Positions 30,362 to 39,669 of a DNA stretch of 50,744 nucleotides are shown piece by piece. The stretch lies in sequence record SRR22947725_1095; one strand, written 5' to 3'. Made by a program: the position numbers and the translations under genes. Every line of letters starts with the position of its first letter. The first letter of the stretch is position 1. Below the pieces are notes generated by a model. That model was not told the origin of the DNA and made no database searches. It saw only the letters and a list, made by a program, of their open reading frames with translations.

Positions 30362-32236
30362 ATGATCATCAAAACTACCGAATACCTAGCAATGGTGCGT
30401 GATAAAACAGGTTATTCTGATTATAAAATAGCTAAAGAATATGACATTAATCAGTCAAATCTTAGTAAATATAGCTCTGGAAAGGCTGCTTTAAGCGAAA
30501 CACACGCTTGGTTGATCGCTAATATCCTTGATATAGACCCTGCTGAGGTTGTTGCAAATACTAAATTTGAACACGCAATAAATACAGGTAATAACTCGAA
30601 GGCCAAATTTTGGCAAGAACAGTTAAATAAAATATTTTCTGAATCCTCACCAATCAGAATACAAATCGCACAATTTAACCCTATTGTTGGGGATATTAAG
30701 TTGAATGCACAAAAAATGCTTGATTTGTCTATTGAGGCTAATAATGCTGGAGCTCATTTAATTATATTTCCAGAGTTGGCCTTGACTGGCTATCCTCCTG
30801 AAGATTTATTGTTTCGAGATGGATTTACTAATCAGGTCAAAGAGGAAATAACAAATTTCTGTAATTTGGCGCCCTCAGACATTTCAATTTTATTTGGTGC
30901 ACCGAACAAAACTGATGACTTTCTTTTTAATAGCGCCTATCTTATTCAAAATAATCGAATCATTAATATTTACAACAAGCAAGAATTACCAAATTATGGT
31001 GTTTTTGATGAAAAACGTTATTTTTCATCTGGTGATGATTCTTTTGTATTTGAATGTCAAAATACCAAAATAGGTGTATTAATTTGTGAAGATCAATGGG
31101 TCGAAGGCCCTATTTCAAATTTATGTCAATCGAATATTGATATTGTCATTTCGCTTAATGCCTCACCATTTCAACTTAATAAGCAAAGTGAGCGCATAAA
31201 TATCTGTAAAAATTATGCTTTAAAGTTTTATATTACCTTTATTTATGTGAATATGGTGGGTGGTCAGGATGAAGTTGTATTTGACGGTAACTCCTTTATT
31301 GTTAATAATCAGGGAGATGTATCACTTCAACTCCCAGCCTTTAAAGAGTTGAGTGTTTCTCATATTGACACAACATTTACCCCTTCTTTAGTTAGTAATG
31401 AATCTTTAATTTATTCTGCCATTGTTTTAGCTACAAAGGACTATATTCAAAAAAATAATTTTGGCGGTGCTTTAATTGGTTTATCTGGAGGTATTGATTC
31501 TGCTTTAACTTTAGCAATTGCTGTTGATGCAATTGGTGCAGAAAATGTTCATGCGATAATGATGCCATATCAATTTACCTCTGATATTAGCCTAACAGAC
31601 TCCGAGCTTCAAGCTGAGACTCAGGGCGTAGAGTTTTCTAGTATCGATATCCATTCAATGGTTGACTCCTTTAACTTATCACTGAGTGATCAATTTAGAA
31701 ATACTTCTAGAGATACTACTGAAGAAAATATTCAGTCACGAGTCCGTGGAACTCTTCTAATGGCTTTATCTAATAAATCTCATAAGCTTGTCCTTGCAAC
31801 AGGCAATAAGTCTGAAATGGCTGTTGGTTATGCAACATTGTATGGTGACATGTGTGGCGGATTTGCTCCACTGAAAGATATATCAAAAACTATGGTTTAT
31901 CAACTAGCAAAATATCGTAATACATTATCTAATGTCATTCCTGAAAGGGTAATAACTAGGCCCCCTTCTGCAGAGCTTGCGCCTGACCAGGTTGATCAAG
32001 ATTCACTTCCGTCTTATGATATCTTGGATGATATTTTGATGAAATTTGTAGAGCAAAAACAGTCTGTTAATGAAATTATAGAAAATGGACATAGCTCTGA
32101 AGATGTTATTAAGATTACTTCTTTAATCTTAAGAAATGAATACAAAAGAAGACAGTCTGCCCCTGGGCCCAAAATAAGCAGCAATGCCTTTGGAAAAGAA
32201 AGGCGTTACCCTATGACGTCAAAGTTTAAACCTTAG
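30362..32236 (+). CDS. nadE: Glutamine-dependent NAD+ synthetase with a fused N-terminal Xre/phage-repressor-like HTH domain
   Basis: Nitrilase triad (IFPEL, YNKQELPNY, LICED) and synthetase motifs (GLSGGIDS, ENIQSRVRG, TGNKSE..VGYATLYGD). Residues 1-92 carry the HTH pattern SDYKIAKEYDINQSNLSKYSSGK. Confidence 0.93.
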   Translation: MIIKTTEYLAMVRDKTGYSDYKIAKEYDINQSNLSKYSSGKAALSETHAWLIANILDIDPAEVVANTKFEHAINTGNNSKAKFWQEQLNKIFSESSPIRIQIAQFNPIVGDIKLNAQKMLDLSIEANNAGAHLIIFPELALTGYPPEDLLFRDGFTNQVKEEITNFCNLAPSDISILFGAPNKTDDFLFNSAYLIQNNRIINIYNKQELPNYGVFDEKRYFSSGDDSFVFECQNTKIGVLICEDQWVEGPISNLCQSNIDIVISLNASPFQLNKQSERINICKNYALKFYITFIYVNMVGGQDEVVFDGNSFIVNNQGDVSLQLPAFKELSVSHIDTTFTPSLVSNESLIYSAIVLATKDYIQKNNFGGALIGLSGGIDSALTLAIAVDAIGAENVHAIMMPYQFTSDISLTDSELQAETQGVEFSSIDIHSMVDSFNLSLSDQFRNTSRDTTEENIQSRVRGTLLMALSNKSHKLVLATGNKSEMAVGYATLYGDMCGGFAPLKDISKTMVYQLAKYRNTLSNVIPERVITRPPSAELAPDQVDQDSLPSYDILDDILMKFVEQKQSVNEIIENGHSSEDVIKITSLILRNEYKRRQSAPGPKISSNAFGKERRYPMTSKFKP

Positions 32237-32240
32237 TTAA

Positions 32241-33533
32241 TTAACTCTCAAAAACCTTAATCAATCCTTGGGCTTTATGACGAGTCTCTGCGAGCTCTTT
32301 TAAAGGATCAGAGTCGAATACAATTCCGGCACCAGCCCTAAAAGTTAGAGTATCACCCTGATGGATAAAGCTTCTAATAAGTATATTGAAGTCCATCTTG
32401 CCATTTTGACTCACATACCCGACTGAACCGGTGTATGCCTCCCTAGGCATTTGCTCAAGTTCATTAATAATTTCCATACATCTAACTTTTGGGCAGCCTG
32501 TAATAGTTCCACCTGGAAATAATGCTTTAACAATTTGCTTAACGCCAATATGCTTTCTAAGATTACCTTTTATGTTTGAAACGATATGATGAACATAAGG
32601 GTAGGTTTCTAAAGTCATTATCTCATTAACATAAACGCTTCCATATTCGCAAACCCTTCCCATATCGTTTCTTTCGAGATCCAAAAGCATAACATGCTCA
32701 GCTATTTCTTTAGGGTGGCTAATAAGGTTCTCTTTTTGAGCTTCATCTAAGCGCCCTTCTCCTCTTGGGTGTGTTCCTGCAATTGGCCTTGTCTCTAATA
32801 CACCATCATTCACACTAAATAATCTCTCAGGTGAGGATGAGATAATGCTAAAATTTTCGTATTGAACTAATGCTGAAAAAGGAGCTGGATTTGCCTTTTT
32901 AAGTTGCTTATATATTATTGCCGAATCTTCTTTTGAGCTTAGAGAATATGACCATTTTCTTGACAAGTTAACCTGAAAGACATCTCCCGCAAAAATATAA
33001 TCCAGACTTCTCTTGACACCATCAGTAAATTTTTCATTGTTTTCCTCTGAAATTTCTCCATCTAGAGGCGCATCTGGGATGTTTTCAATAGCTTTAATAT
33101 CTGATAATATTTGATTAATGCGAGTATGACCATTATCCTCATCAACGACATATGTTTTTTTGAGTTTGTGGTCAGTTATGATTGCACACGGTATTTTTAC
33201 TGCATAAGCAATTGGCATGCTAGATTTGTGAAGTTTGGATGCTAAAGTAGGTTCAATTTGCCCTATGAGCTCATACGATAAGTAAACAAACCACCCGCCG
33301 TTAAAAGGGAGGCTTGTGTTATCACTTGTCTGGTTGCACTGATTTTCAAGTTTATTTAAAAAATCAAAATCTGCAAAATCTCTCAGTACAATATTTTCTT
33401 CAGGAAAAGCAAATAATATTGAATACCTATTATTTTCATTATGATTTACACTTTCGAGTAAAAACGGATATCTTTCTTTATTTAGATAACAAAAAGATGC
33501 CAAGTCAACTTTTTGAATTTCTAGAGTTCTCAC
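32241..33533 (-). CDS. pabB: Aminodeoxychorismate synthase component I / anthranilate synthase-like chorismate-binding enzyme
   Basis: FLLES, GDVFQVNLS, SSSPERLF, AEHVMLLDLERND, FPGGTITGCPK. TrpE-like paralogy is not excluded. Confidence 0.75.
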   Translation of the reverse strand: MRTLEIQKVDLASFCYLNKERYPFLLESVNHNENNRYSILFAFPEENIVLRDFADFDFLNKLENQCNQTSDNTSLPFNGGWFVYLSYELIGQIEPTLASKLHKSSMPIAYAVKIPCAIITDHKLKKTYVVDEDNGHTRINQILSDIKAIENIPDAPLDGEISEENNEKFTDGVKRSLDYIFAGDVFQVNLSRKWSYSLSSKEDSAIIYKQLKKANPAPFSALVQYENFSIISSSPERLFSVNDGVLETRPIAGTHPRGEGRLDEAQKENLISHPKEIAEHVMLLDLERNDMGRVCEYGSVYVNEIMTLETYPYVHHIVSNIKGNLRKHIGVKQIVKALFPGGTITGCPKVRCMEIINELEQMPREAYTGSVGYVSQNGKMDFNILIRSFIHQGDTLTFRAGAGIVFDSDPLKELAETRHKAQGLIKVFES

Positions 33534-33537
33534 TTAT

Positions 33538-34185
33538 TTAAAGGCTTTGAATGAGTTTAGCAGCTTTGTTAAAAAGAAGATGATTTGGATAATCTTTAAG
33601 CATTTGAGTTAAAAGCTTCTTAGCTTCACTGGTTTCATTAAGCTCTATATGTACTCTAGACAATTCATATAAAGAGTCAGCATACTTTGGATGTTCAGCT
33701 CCTAGAATTTGAAAATCTAAATATGCATTTTTTGACTCAAGATAAGACTCGCTGTAATAGTAAGAGCGCCCAAGCCATAGTTGTGTGTCTGTCAAACTTT
33801 TATCGCTTGGAGAGTTATTGAGATGACTTAAAAAGAGCTGAATAGCTTTATCATAATTCCCAAGTACAAAACTACTCTTCCCATCTCTAAAAAGCTCAGA
33901 TGGCTGTGGACTAGTTGCAATTGATTTTTCAGATGTTTTGTTGTTTGTTTGGTTTAATTCAATCATCTGAAGAAGTTCGTCAATTTTTTCAGAATTAAGT
34001 CTTTGATTTTCTCGTAAGATTTCAATCTCATCCTTTAAAGCAAGAATTTCTTTGTTTAGGGACTTTACCTCTTTATTGATTTTAAGTATTACAAGATCTA
34101 CATTTAAGCCTTCAGCAGAGAAAGCTCCAAACGATATCGATAATAATGAAACACAAAGTATAGAACTATAGGAAAAGTTTTTCAT
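33538..34185 (-). CDS. cpoB: Tol-Pal periplasmic TPR protein CpoB (YbgF)
   Basis: Signal peptide, coiled coil and TPR repeats; directly after pal. Confidence 0.8.
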   Translation of the reverse strand: MKNFSYSSILCVSLLSISFGAFSAEGLNVDLVILKINKEVKSLNKEILALKDEIEILRENQRLNSEKIDELLQMIELNQTNNKTSEKSIATSPQPSELFRDGKSSFVLGNYDKAIQLFLSHLNNSPSDKSLTDTQLWLGRSYYYSESYLESKNAYLDFQILGAEHPKYADSLYELSRVHIELNETSEAKKLLTQMLKDYPNHLLFNKAAKLIQSL

Positions 34186-34231
34186 CAGACGATAGAATAT
34201 CTAATTAAGCTGATTTTTAAACAAATTGCTT

Positions 34232-35080
34232 TTAGTAGTAAGAGAATTCTACTCTTCGGTTTTTCTCCCAGGCTTCCTCATTGCTGCCAGTTAGGATAGG
34301 CGACTCCTCTCCATAACTTACAACTATGATTCTATCATCTAGGTTATACAGGCCAAGAACTTCTTTTACACTTAGTGCACGATTCTCACCTAGAGCAAGA
34401 TTATATTCACGAGTTCCTCTCTCATCTGCATGCCCTTCTAAGCGAAGGTTAACAGATGGATTTTCTTGCATAAAGTTTGCGTGTTGAATAATTGTTCTTG
34501 TAGCTACTTCATCAATTTCAGTATCGTCATAGGCAAAATAAAGCGTGAATGAGTCTGCATTATTACCAAATTCACTGATTGCAGCCTCTGTCGCAGCAGC
34601 ACTTTCTAATAATGCTTCAACTAGCTCTTCTCTGTTTGCTAGGTTACCATCTGCATCTAATACAATCTGTTCAGTCAAGCCTTTAGCAACAGCAACCTCA
34701 ATAAGTTCATCATCTGACATTGACTCTAATTCTTCAGATTTACTTTCAATTAGTACAGCACTTTCAACAATTGCATTAATAATTTGGTCTCTATTTAGAA
34801 GATTTCCATCTTCATCAAGAAGTATTAGGTCTTCTAGGCCTTTTTCTCTTGCAATAGCAATTAATTCATCATTAGATAATTCTTCGAGCTCATCGATTGT
34901 GAATCCTCCAGACTCATCCATTGCAATAAGAGTTTCCTCTCCACTTAGCATTGCAACTTCAGTTGCATCATCTGATGGGTTGATTAAATCAAGAAATTTA
35001 TCGCCAAGTTCAGATATGTTAGTTGTAGCACATGAACTAAGAAAAATTACACTCGATAATAATAGAATTTTTTTTGACAT
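34232..35080 (-). CDS. pal: Peptidoglycan-associated lipoprotein Pal with an inserted tandem repeat
   Basis: Lipobox LSSC; OmpA-like C-terminal domain YFAYD...EGHADERGTREYNLALGENRA...NRRVE; lies between tolB and cpoB. Confidence 0.9.
   Translation of the reverse strand: MSKKILLLSSVIFLSSCATTNISELGDKFLDLINPSDDATEVAMLSGEETLIAMDESGGFTIDELEELSNDELIAIAREKGLEDLILLDEDGNLLNRDQIINAIVESAVLIESKSEELESMSDDELIEVAVAKGLTEQIVLDADGNLANREELVEALLESAAATEAAISEFGNNADSFTLYFAYDDTEIDEVATRTIIQHANFMQENPSVNLRLEGHADERGTREYNLALGENRALSVKEVLGLYNLDDRIIVVSYGEESPILTGSNEEAWEKNRRVEFSYY
34598..34891 (-). repeat. Protein-level tandem duplication (2 x ~45 aa, 53-aa period) inside Pal
   Basis: ELEELSNDELIAIAREKGLEDLILLDEDGNLLNRDQIINAIVESA versus ELESMSDDELIEVAVAKGLTEQIVLDADGNLANREELVEALLESA. 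Confidence 0.9.
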
Positions 35081-35090
35081 TTTAGGTTCC

Positions 35091-36365
35091 TTAATTTGAA
35101 TAGTTTGACCAGCTAGGCTCTCTTACTTCACCTTCTTTTTGCATTAACTCAACAACTTGATTGTTATGGAGTGAAATTATAGACAATATTCCTTTGTTGT
35201 CCCTATTAGTTGAGTAAATAATCATACCACCATTTGGTGAAAAATAGGGTGACTCATCCGAATTATTTTGCGTCATAACTGTCAAGTCTCTTGATGCTAT
35301 GTCAAGAAGCGCTAATCTATAGTCTTTTCCAACTCTATGAATAAGAGCTAGATCTTTTCCGTCAGGAGAAAAAACTGGTTTTGCGTTATAGCGACCCTCA
35401 AAGGTTGCTCTAGAAATTTTTCCTGATTTAAGGTCTTTAATATAGACCTGCACCTGTCCAGTCCTATTCGAAGTAAATGCAATTTTACTTCCATCAGGAG
35501 AAAAACTTGCTTCAGTATCAATAGCAATATTTGTAGTTAATGGAATTGGCTTAGACTTAAAATCATAAAAATATATATCCTTATTACCATTTTTAGAAAG
35601 CGTTAGTGCAATACTCTCACCATCAGGATGCCAGGTTGGTGATGATGCTATTCCATCAAATTTTGGTAATTTAATTGGAATGGTCTTTAAAAATGGAGTC
35701 ATTACAAAAACTTCTGATCTATTATTTTTAAAAGAGACATATGCAAGTTTCTTTTGGTCTTTTGACCATGCAGGAGAGAGAATAGGGTTTGAGGATCTAA
35801 CTACAGTTTGAGGATTGAATCCGTCAGAGTCTGAGATTTGTAGCTTATATGTTCTACCGCCATTGCTATTTTCAGACACTGTTACATAAGAAAGCCGAGT
35901 GTCGAAAGAGCCTTTTTGCCCCAATAAGACATAATAAATTTTGTCACTTAAAAAATGCGCAATTCTTCTAAAACCACTATTGTGGACTCTTATTTTCTTT
36001 TGATAGAGACTTTTCTCTGAAAATACATCATAAATATAAATATAAACGTTATAAACTTTACTGCTTACTTGTTCAATCTTTCCAAATACCACTGCATCTT
36101 TTTTATGTTCTTGCCAAAAACTAAAGTCTATTTGATTAGTTATTAGGGCTTCTGTACTTAAGGCGTTAAATTGTCCAGATCGATTTAGATTGTCTCTAAT
36201 AATTTTTGATATATCAACATTGTTAGAATTTCCAACAATCTCAAATGGGGCTATTACAATAGGAAAAGCGGCTTCTCTTGATTTGATAATGTTGACTTCT
36301 AGAAGTGCATTTGCCGATAAAGAAATAAAAACACTCAGAGTGATTATAAACTTGATAATTTTCAC
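35091..36365 (-). CDS. tolB: Tol-Pal beta-propeller protein TolB (GTG start)
   Basis: Signal peptide, TolB N-terminal domain, PD40 repeats (SPAWS, SPTWHPDG, FSPDG). Confidence 0.95.
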   Translation of the reverse strand: MKIIKFIITLSVFISLSANALLEVNIIKSREAAFPIVIAPFEIVGNSNNVDISKIIRDNLNRSGQFNALSTEALITNQIDFSFWQEHKKDAVVFGKIEQVSSKVYNVYIYIYDVFSEKSLYQKKIRVHNSGFRRIAHFLSDKIYYVLLGQKGSFDTRLSYVTVSENSNGGRTYKLQISDSDGFNPQTVVRSSNPILSPAWSKDQKKLAYVSFKNNRSEVFVMTPFLKTIPIKLPKFDGIASSPTWHPDGESIALTLSKNGNKDIYFYDFKSKPIPLTTNIAIDTEASFSPDGSKIAFTSNRTGQVQVYIKDLKSGKISRATFEGRYNAKPVFSPDGKDLALIHRVGKDYRLALLDIASRDLTVMTQNNSDESPYFSPNGGMIIYSTNRDNKGILSIISLHNNQVVELMQKEGEVREPSWSNYSN

Positions 36366-36559
36366 TCGATCTCCTCAATCCAGTTCATTTGTATTGCCTC
36401 TAAAACCCTTTCACCACATTTACTATCAGCTTCTTCAAAATCCTCAAGATTTAATACAAGTGCACGAAGTTCTACAAAGTTAATTGTTTTTGGGTCAATT
36501 TCAGGAAAGTTATCCGCCAGAGAGATTGCTATTTCTAATGAATCGGTCCAACAGATCAT
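36362..36559 (-). CDS. iscX: Fe-S cluster assembly protein IscX
   Basis: WTDSLEIAISL...DPKTINFVELR...GERVLEAIQMNWIEE. Confidence 0.92.
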   Translation of the reverse strand: MICWTDSLEIAISLADNFPEIDPKTINFVELRALVLNLEDFEEADSKCGERVLEAIQMNWIEEIE

Positions 36560-36635
36560 TATAGTTTTAAGGACAGTTAAATTTAATTAAGTAATTTTAA
36601 TCAATTCAAGTGTTAGATTTAAACATTTTTTTAAA

Positions 36636-38741
36636 TTAAAGTCTGCCTGCTGAAATAAGGTGAGGCAGCTTATTTAGTTTATCAAGAACGCTTTTAAGTT
36701 CAACAATATTAGTAACAACAAGCGTAATATAAAATAGTCTGTCTGACCCTGGTCTTTGTTGCTGTTCAATATTTTCAATATTGACTCCAAGATTTGCGAG
36801 CGTATTTGCAATAGCTGCTAACCTTCCACTTCGATTTTCTACTAAACAGCTTATTGCAACTTCAAATTGTTCGCTCCCATCTGACTTCCAGTCAACCTCC
36901 ATCCATTGTGCATTTTTTTCTTTGATATGTCCAAGTTGTGAGCAGTTGGTTCGATGTAACACTAGGCCTCTTATGGAAGTTAAGACTCCAGTGACTTCAT
37001 CCCCAGGTATCGGATAGCAGCACTGTGCAAAATTAATAGCCATACCCTTTGTTCTCTCAATAGATAATGTGTTTATTGTTTCATTATTTATGTCTTGAAG
37101 TAATTTATTTACAACAACAGCAACAAAAATCTCAGATAGTCCAACTCGAACATATAAGTCTTCAAAATCAACACAATTGAGCTCTTTAAAGCACTTATTC
37201 CATTTATCTAATGGAACGTCATTTATCTTAATATTTTGAAATTTTAAAGCATCAGCTATTAACAGTTTTCCTAGTCTAGCAAGTTCCACTTTAGAATTAT
37301 CTTTTAAGTGTGCTTTAATGGCAGTTTTTGCTTTTGAAGTCACAACAATATCTAACCAGCTTGGCTTTGGCTTTACAAATCTGCCAGTAATAATTTCCAC
37401 TGTTTGTCCTGATTTGAGACGCGTTGAAAGTTCTACTTCGTTACCATTAATTGTTGCTTTTTGAGCTTTTTTGCCAACATTTGTATGAACGGCATAAGCA
37501 AAGTCAAGGACTGTAGCTCTAAGAGGCAGCTGAATAATTTTTCCACCTGGAGTAAAAACAAACACTTCATCAGAGAATAAATCTGATTTTGTGCTTTCTA
37601 AAAAATCGATTGATGTGTCAGTATTTTGCTGAATATCTAACAAAGAGCCCATCCAATTGCGCGCTAATTTTTTTGAAGGCTCATCCTTATTTTTATAGTG
37701 CCAGTGGGCTGCGATGCCATATTCAGATATAAAATCCATTTCTTGTGATCGAATTTGGACCTCAATAAACATTTTTCTTGGACCTATTAAGACAGTATGA
37801 AGAGACTGATACCCATTCGGTTTAGGCGCTGAAATATAATCTTTAAACTTTAGAGGAATCGGTTTATATAAACTATGAATATGACCTAATGCTTGATAAC
37901 ATGCATTCGTATTTTCTACTACAACACGAAATGCATGCATATCTAAAACTTCTGAAAATTTTCGTGACTTAATTTTCATTTTGTTGTAGATACTTGATGG
38001 CTCCTTTTGACGCCCCTCTACTGTTGCATTAATTTGTTCAAACTTTAATCTACTCTCTATTTCAGATTTAATAAGACTAATTGTTTTTCTTTGATTTCCA
38101 TATTGTTTTTTTATTTTTCTTTCAATAACTAAGTGTTTTCTTGGGTGTAGTGCTTTAAAGCAAAGATCATCTAGTTCAACTCCAATACTATGAAGTCCTA
38201 AGCGTCTGGCAATTGGTGCATGCAGCTCAGAAGTCTCTTTAGCTTTAAGAATCTTTTTTTCTTCAGTCATTGAATCAATGGTCCTCATATTGTGTAGTCT
38301 GTCTGCGAGCTTAATAATCATTACCCTCATATCTTTAGACATTGCTAATATAAGTTTTTGAAAATTTTGAGCTTGCTTTTGAGAGCTAGAGGTAAATTCA
38401 AGGTTTGTAAGCTTTGATACACCTTCAACTATATGCGCAACCTGGTCACCAAATTGGTTTCTAACTTCATCCTTAGTAATAGAAGTATCTTCAATGCAAT
38501 CATGAAGAATCGCTGCAACAATACATAAATAGTCTAACTTGAGGTCTGCTAGGATTAGAGCTACTGATAATGGATGGCTAATATAGGCTTCTCCTGATTT
38601 TCTGAATTGACCAGAATGCGCTTTATCTGCAATCTTATAAGCCTTTTTAACTAATTTGACTTCTTCTTGAGATAGATAGTCGCCTAAAACACCATACAAA
38701 AAGGTTGCTTGAGATTGAATTTGAAAAAAATTAGTAGCCAT
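36636..38741 (-). CDS. spoT: Bifunctional (p)ppGpp synthetase/hydrolase
   Basis: Intact HD motif (AAILHDCIEDT), KPNGYQSLHT, EVQIR, TGS and ACT domains. Confidence 0.93.
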   Translation of the reverse strand: MATNFFQIQSQATFLYGVLGDYLSQEEVKLVKKAYKIADKAHSGQFRKSGEAYISHPLSVALILADLKLDYLCIVAAILHDCIEDTSITKDEVRNQFGDQVAHIVEGVSKLTNLEFTSSSQKQAQNFQKLILAMSKDMRVMIIKLADRLHNMRTIDSMTEEKKILKAKETSELHAPIARRLGLHSIGVELDDLCFKALHPRKHLVIERKIKKQYGNQRKTISLIKSEIESRLKFEQINATVEGRQKEPSSIYNKMKIKSRKFSEVLDMHAFRVVVENTNACYQALGHIHSLYKPIPLKFKDYISAPKPNGYQSLHTVLIGPRKMFIEVQIRSQEMDFISEYGIAAHWHYKNKDEPSKKLARNWMGSLLDIQQNTDTSIDFLESTKSDLFSDEVFVFTPGGKIIQLPLRATVLDFAYAVHTNVGKKAQKATINGNEVELSTRLKSGQTVEIITGRFVKPKPSWLDIVVTSKAKTAIKAHLKDNSKVELARLGKLLIADALKFQNIKINDVPLDKWNKCFKELNCVDFEDLYVRVGLSEIFVAVVVNKLLQDINNETINTLSIERTKGMAINFAQCCYPIPGDEVTGVLTSIRGLVLHRTNCSQLGHIKEKNAQWMEVDWKSDGSEQFEVAISCLVENRSGRLAAIANTLANLGVNIENIEQQQRPGSDRLFYITLVVTNIVELKSVLDKLNKLPHLISAGRL

Positions 38742-38881
38742 TAAAATTAATTTTTAAAGAAGATGTAACATGATAATTATATAATCATGTTGATGAGAGC
38801 TATAAGTTCTTTGCATAAAGGTTTTCAGATAAAAAACAATAGTATAATTTCCTCTTCTACAGCTACTAACCAAAACTTAAA

Positions 38882-39655
38882 ATGAATAGACGTTCTATAT
38901 TTTCCCTGACATTAATCATGCTATTATCAGGCTGTTCTTTTATAGGCGGAGATAAGGATACAAAAAAGCTTGTTGCTGATGGCTTAACTCCCAAAGAATT
39001 ATATGAACAAGCTGAGGATAAGGTAGATAATGGAATGTTAGAACAAGCCATTGATCAGTATGAAATAATATTAATATCATACCCTGGATCTAAGTATGCC
39101 ATTCAAGCGAGATTAGATATTGCCTATAACTTGCTTAAGCAAAAAAAATATAATAGAGCGATATTAGAGTTAAATGAATTTATTGAGAGATATCCTGATC
39201 TTCCTCCTACTCCTTATGCTTATTATTTAAGAGGTGTGGTTGCTGAGGCCGAGTCGAGTTCTATACTCGATAAATTAGTTACTGATAGCGCTCAAAGGGA
39301 TGTTGAAAGCGTAAGTAATGCTTATCAATATTTTGTTGAATTAATTGAAACTTTTCCAAGCTCCAAATATTCAGAAGACGCCAAAGGTAAATTAGTGGGC
39401 CTTCGAAATACTCTTGCAAGGCATGAATTTTATGTTGCTATTTACTATACTGAAATTGACTCCCATATTGCTGCTATTAATCGTTCAAAGTTTATCATTG
39501 AAAATTATCCAAATAGTGCATCGATTCCTGATGGACTTCATCTAATGGCATACAATTATGATAAGATCAATGCAAATGAGTTAGCCATTGATGTCAGAAA
39601 AGTTTTATCCTCGAGTTATCCAAACTACTCACCAGGCTATTCAGTTAAGAAGTAA
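38882..39655 (+). CDS. bamD: Outer membrane assembly lipoprotein BamD
   Basis: Lipobox LSGC, TPRs, YAYYLRG, LARHEFYVAIYY. Confidence 0.93.
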   Translation: MNRRSIFSLTLIMLLSGCSFIGGDKDTKKLVADGLTPKELYEQAEDKVDNGMLEQAIDQYEIILISYPGSKYAIQARLDIAYNLLKQKKYNRAILELNEFIERYPDLPPTPYAYYLRGVVAEAESSSILDKLVTDSAQRDVESVSNAYQYFVELIETFPSSKYSEDAKGKLVGLRNTLARHEFYVAIYYTEIDSHIAAINRSKFIIENYPNSASIPDGLHLMAYNYDKINANELAIDVRKVLSSSYPNYSPGYSVKK

Positions 39656-39669
39656 GCATATATTTATTT

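Noticed and set aside
34545-35099. 184-aa Ser-rich plus-strand ORF
   Set aside because: Antisense shadow of the acidic Pal repeats (Glu/Asp codons read as Ser/Ile/Phe on the other strand).
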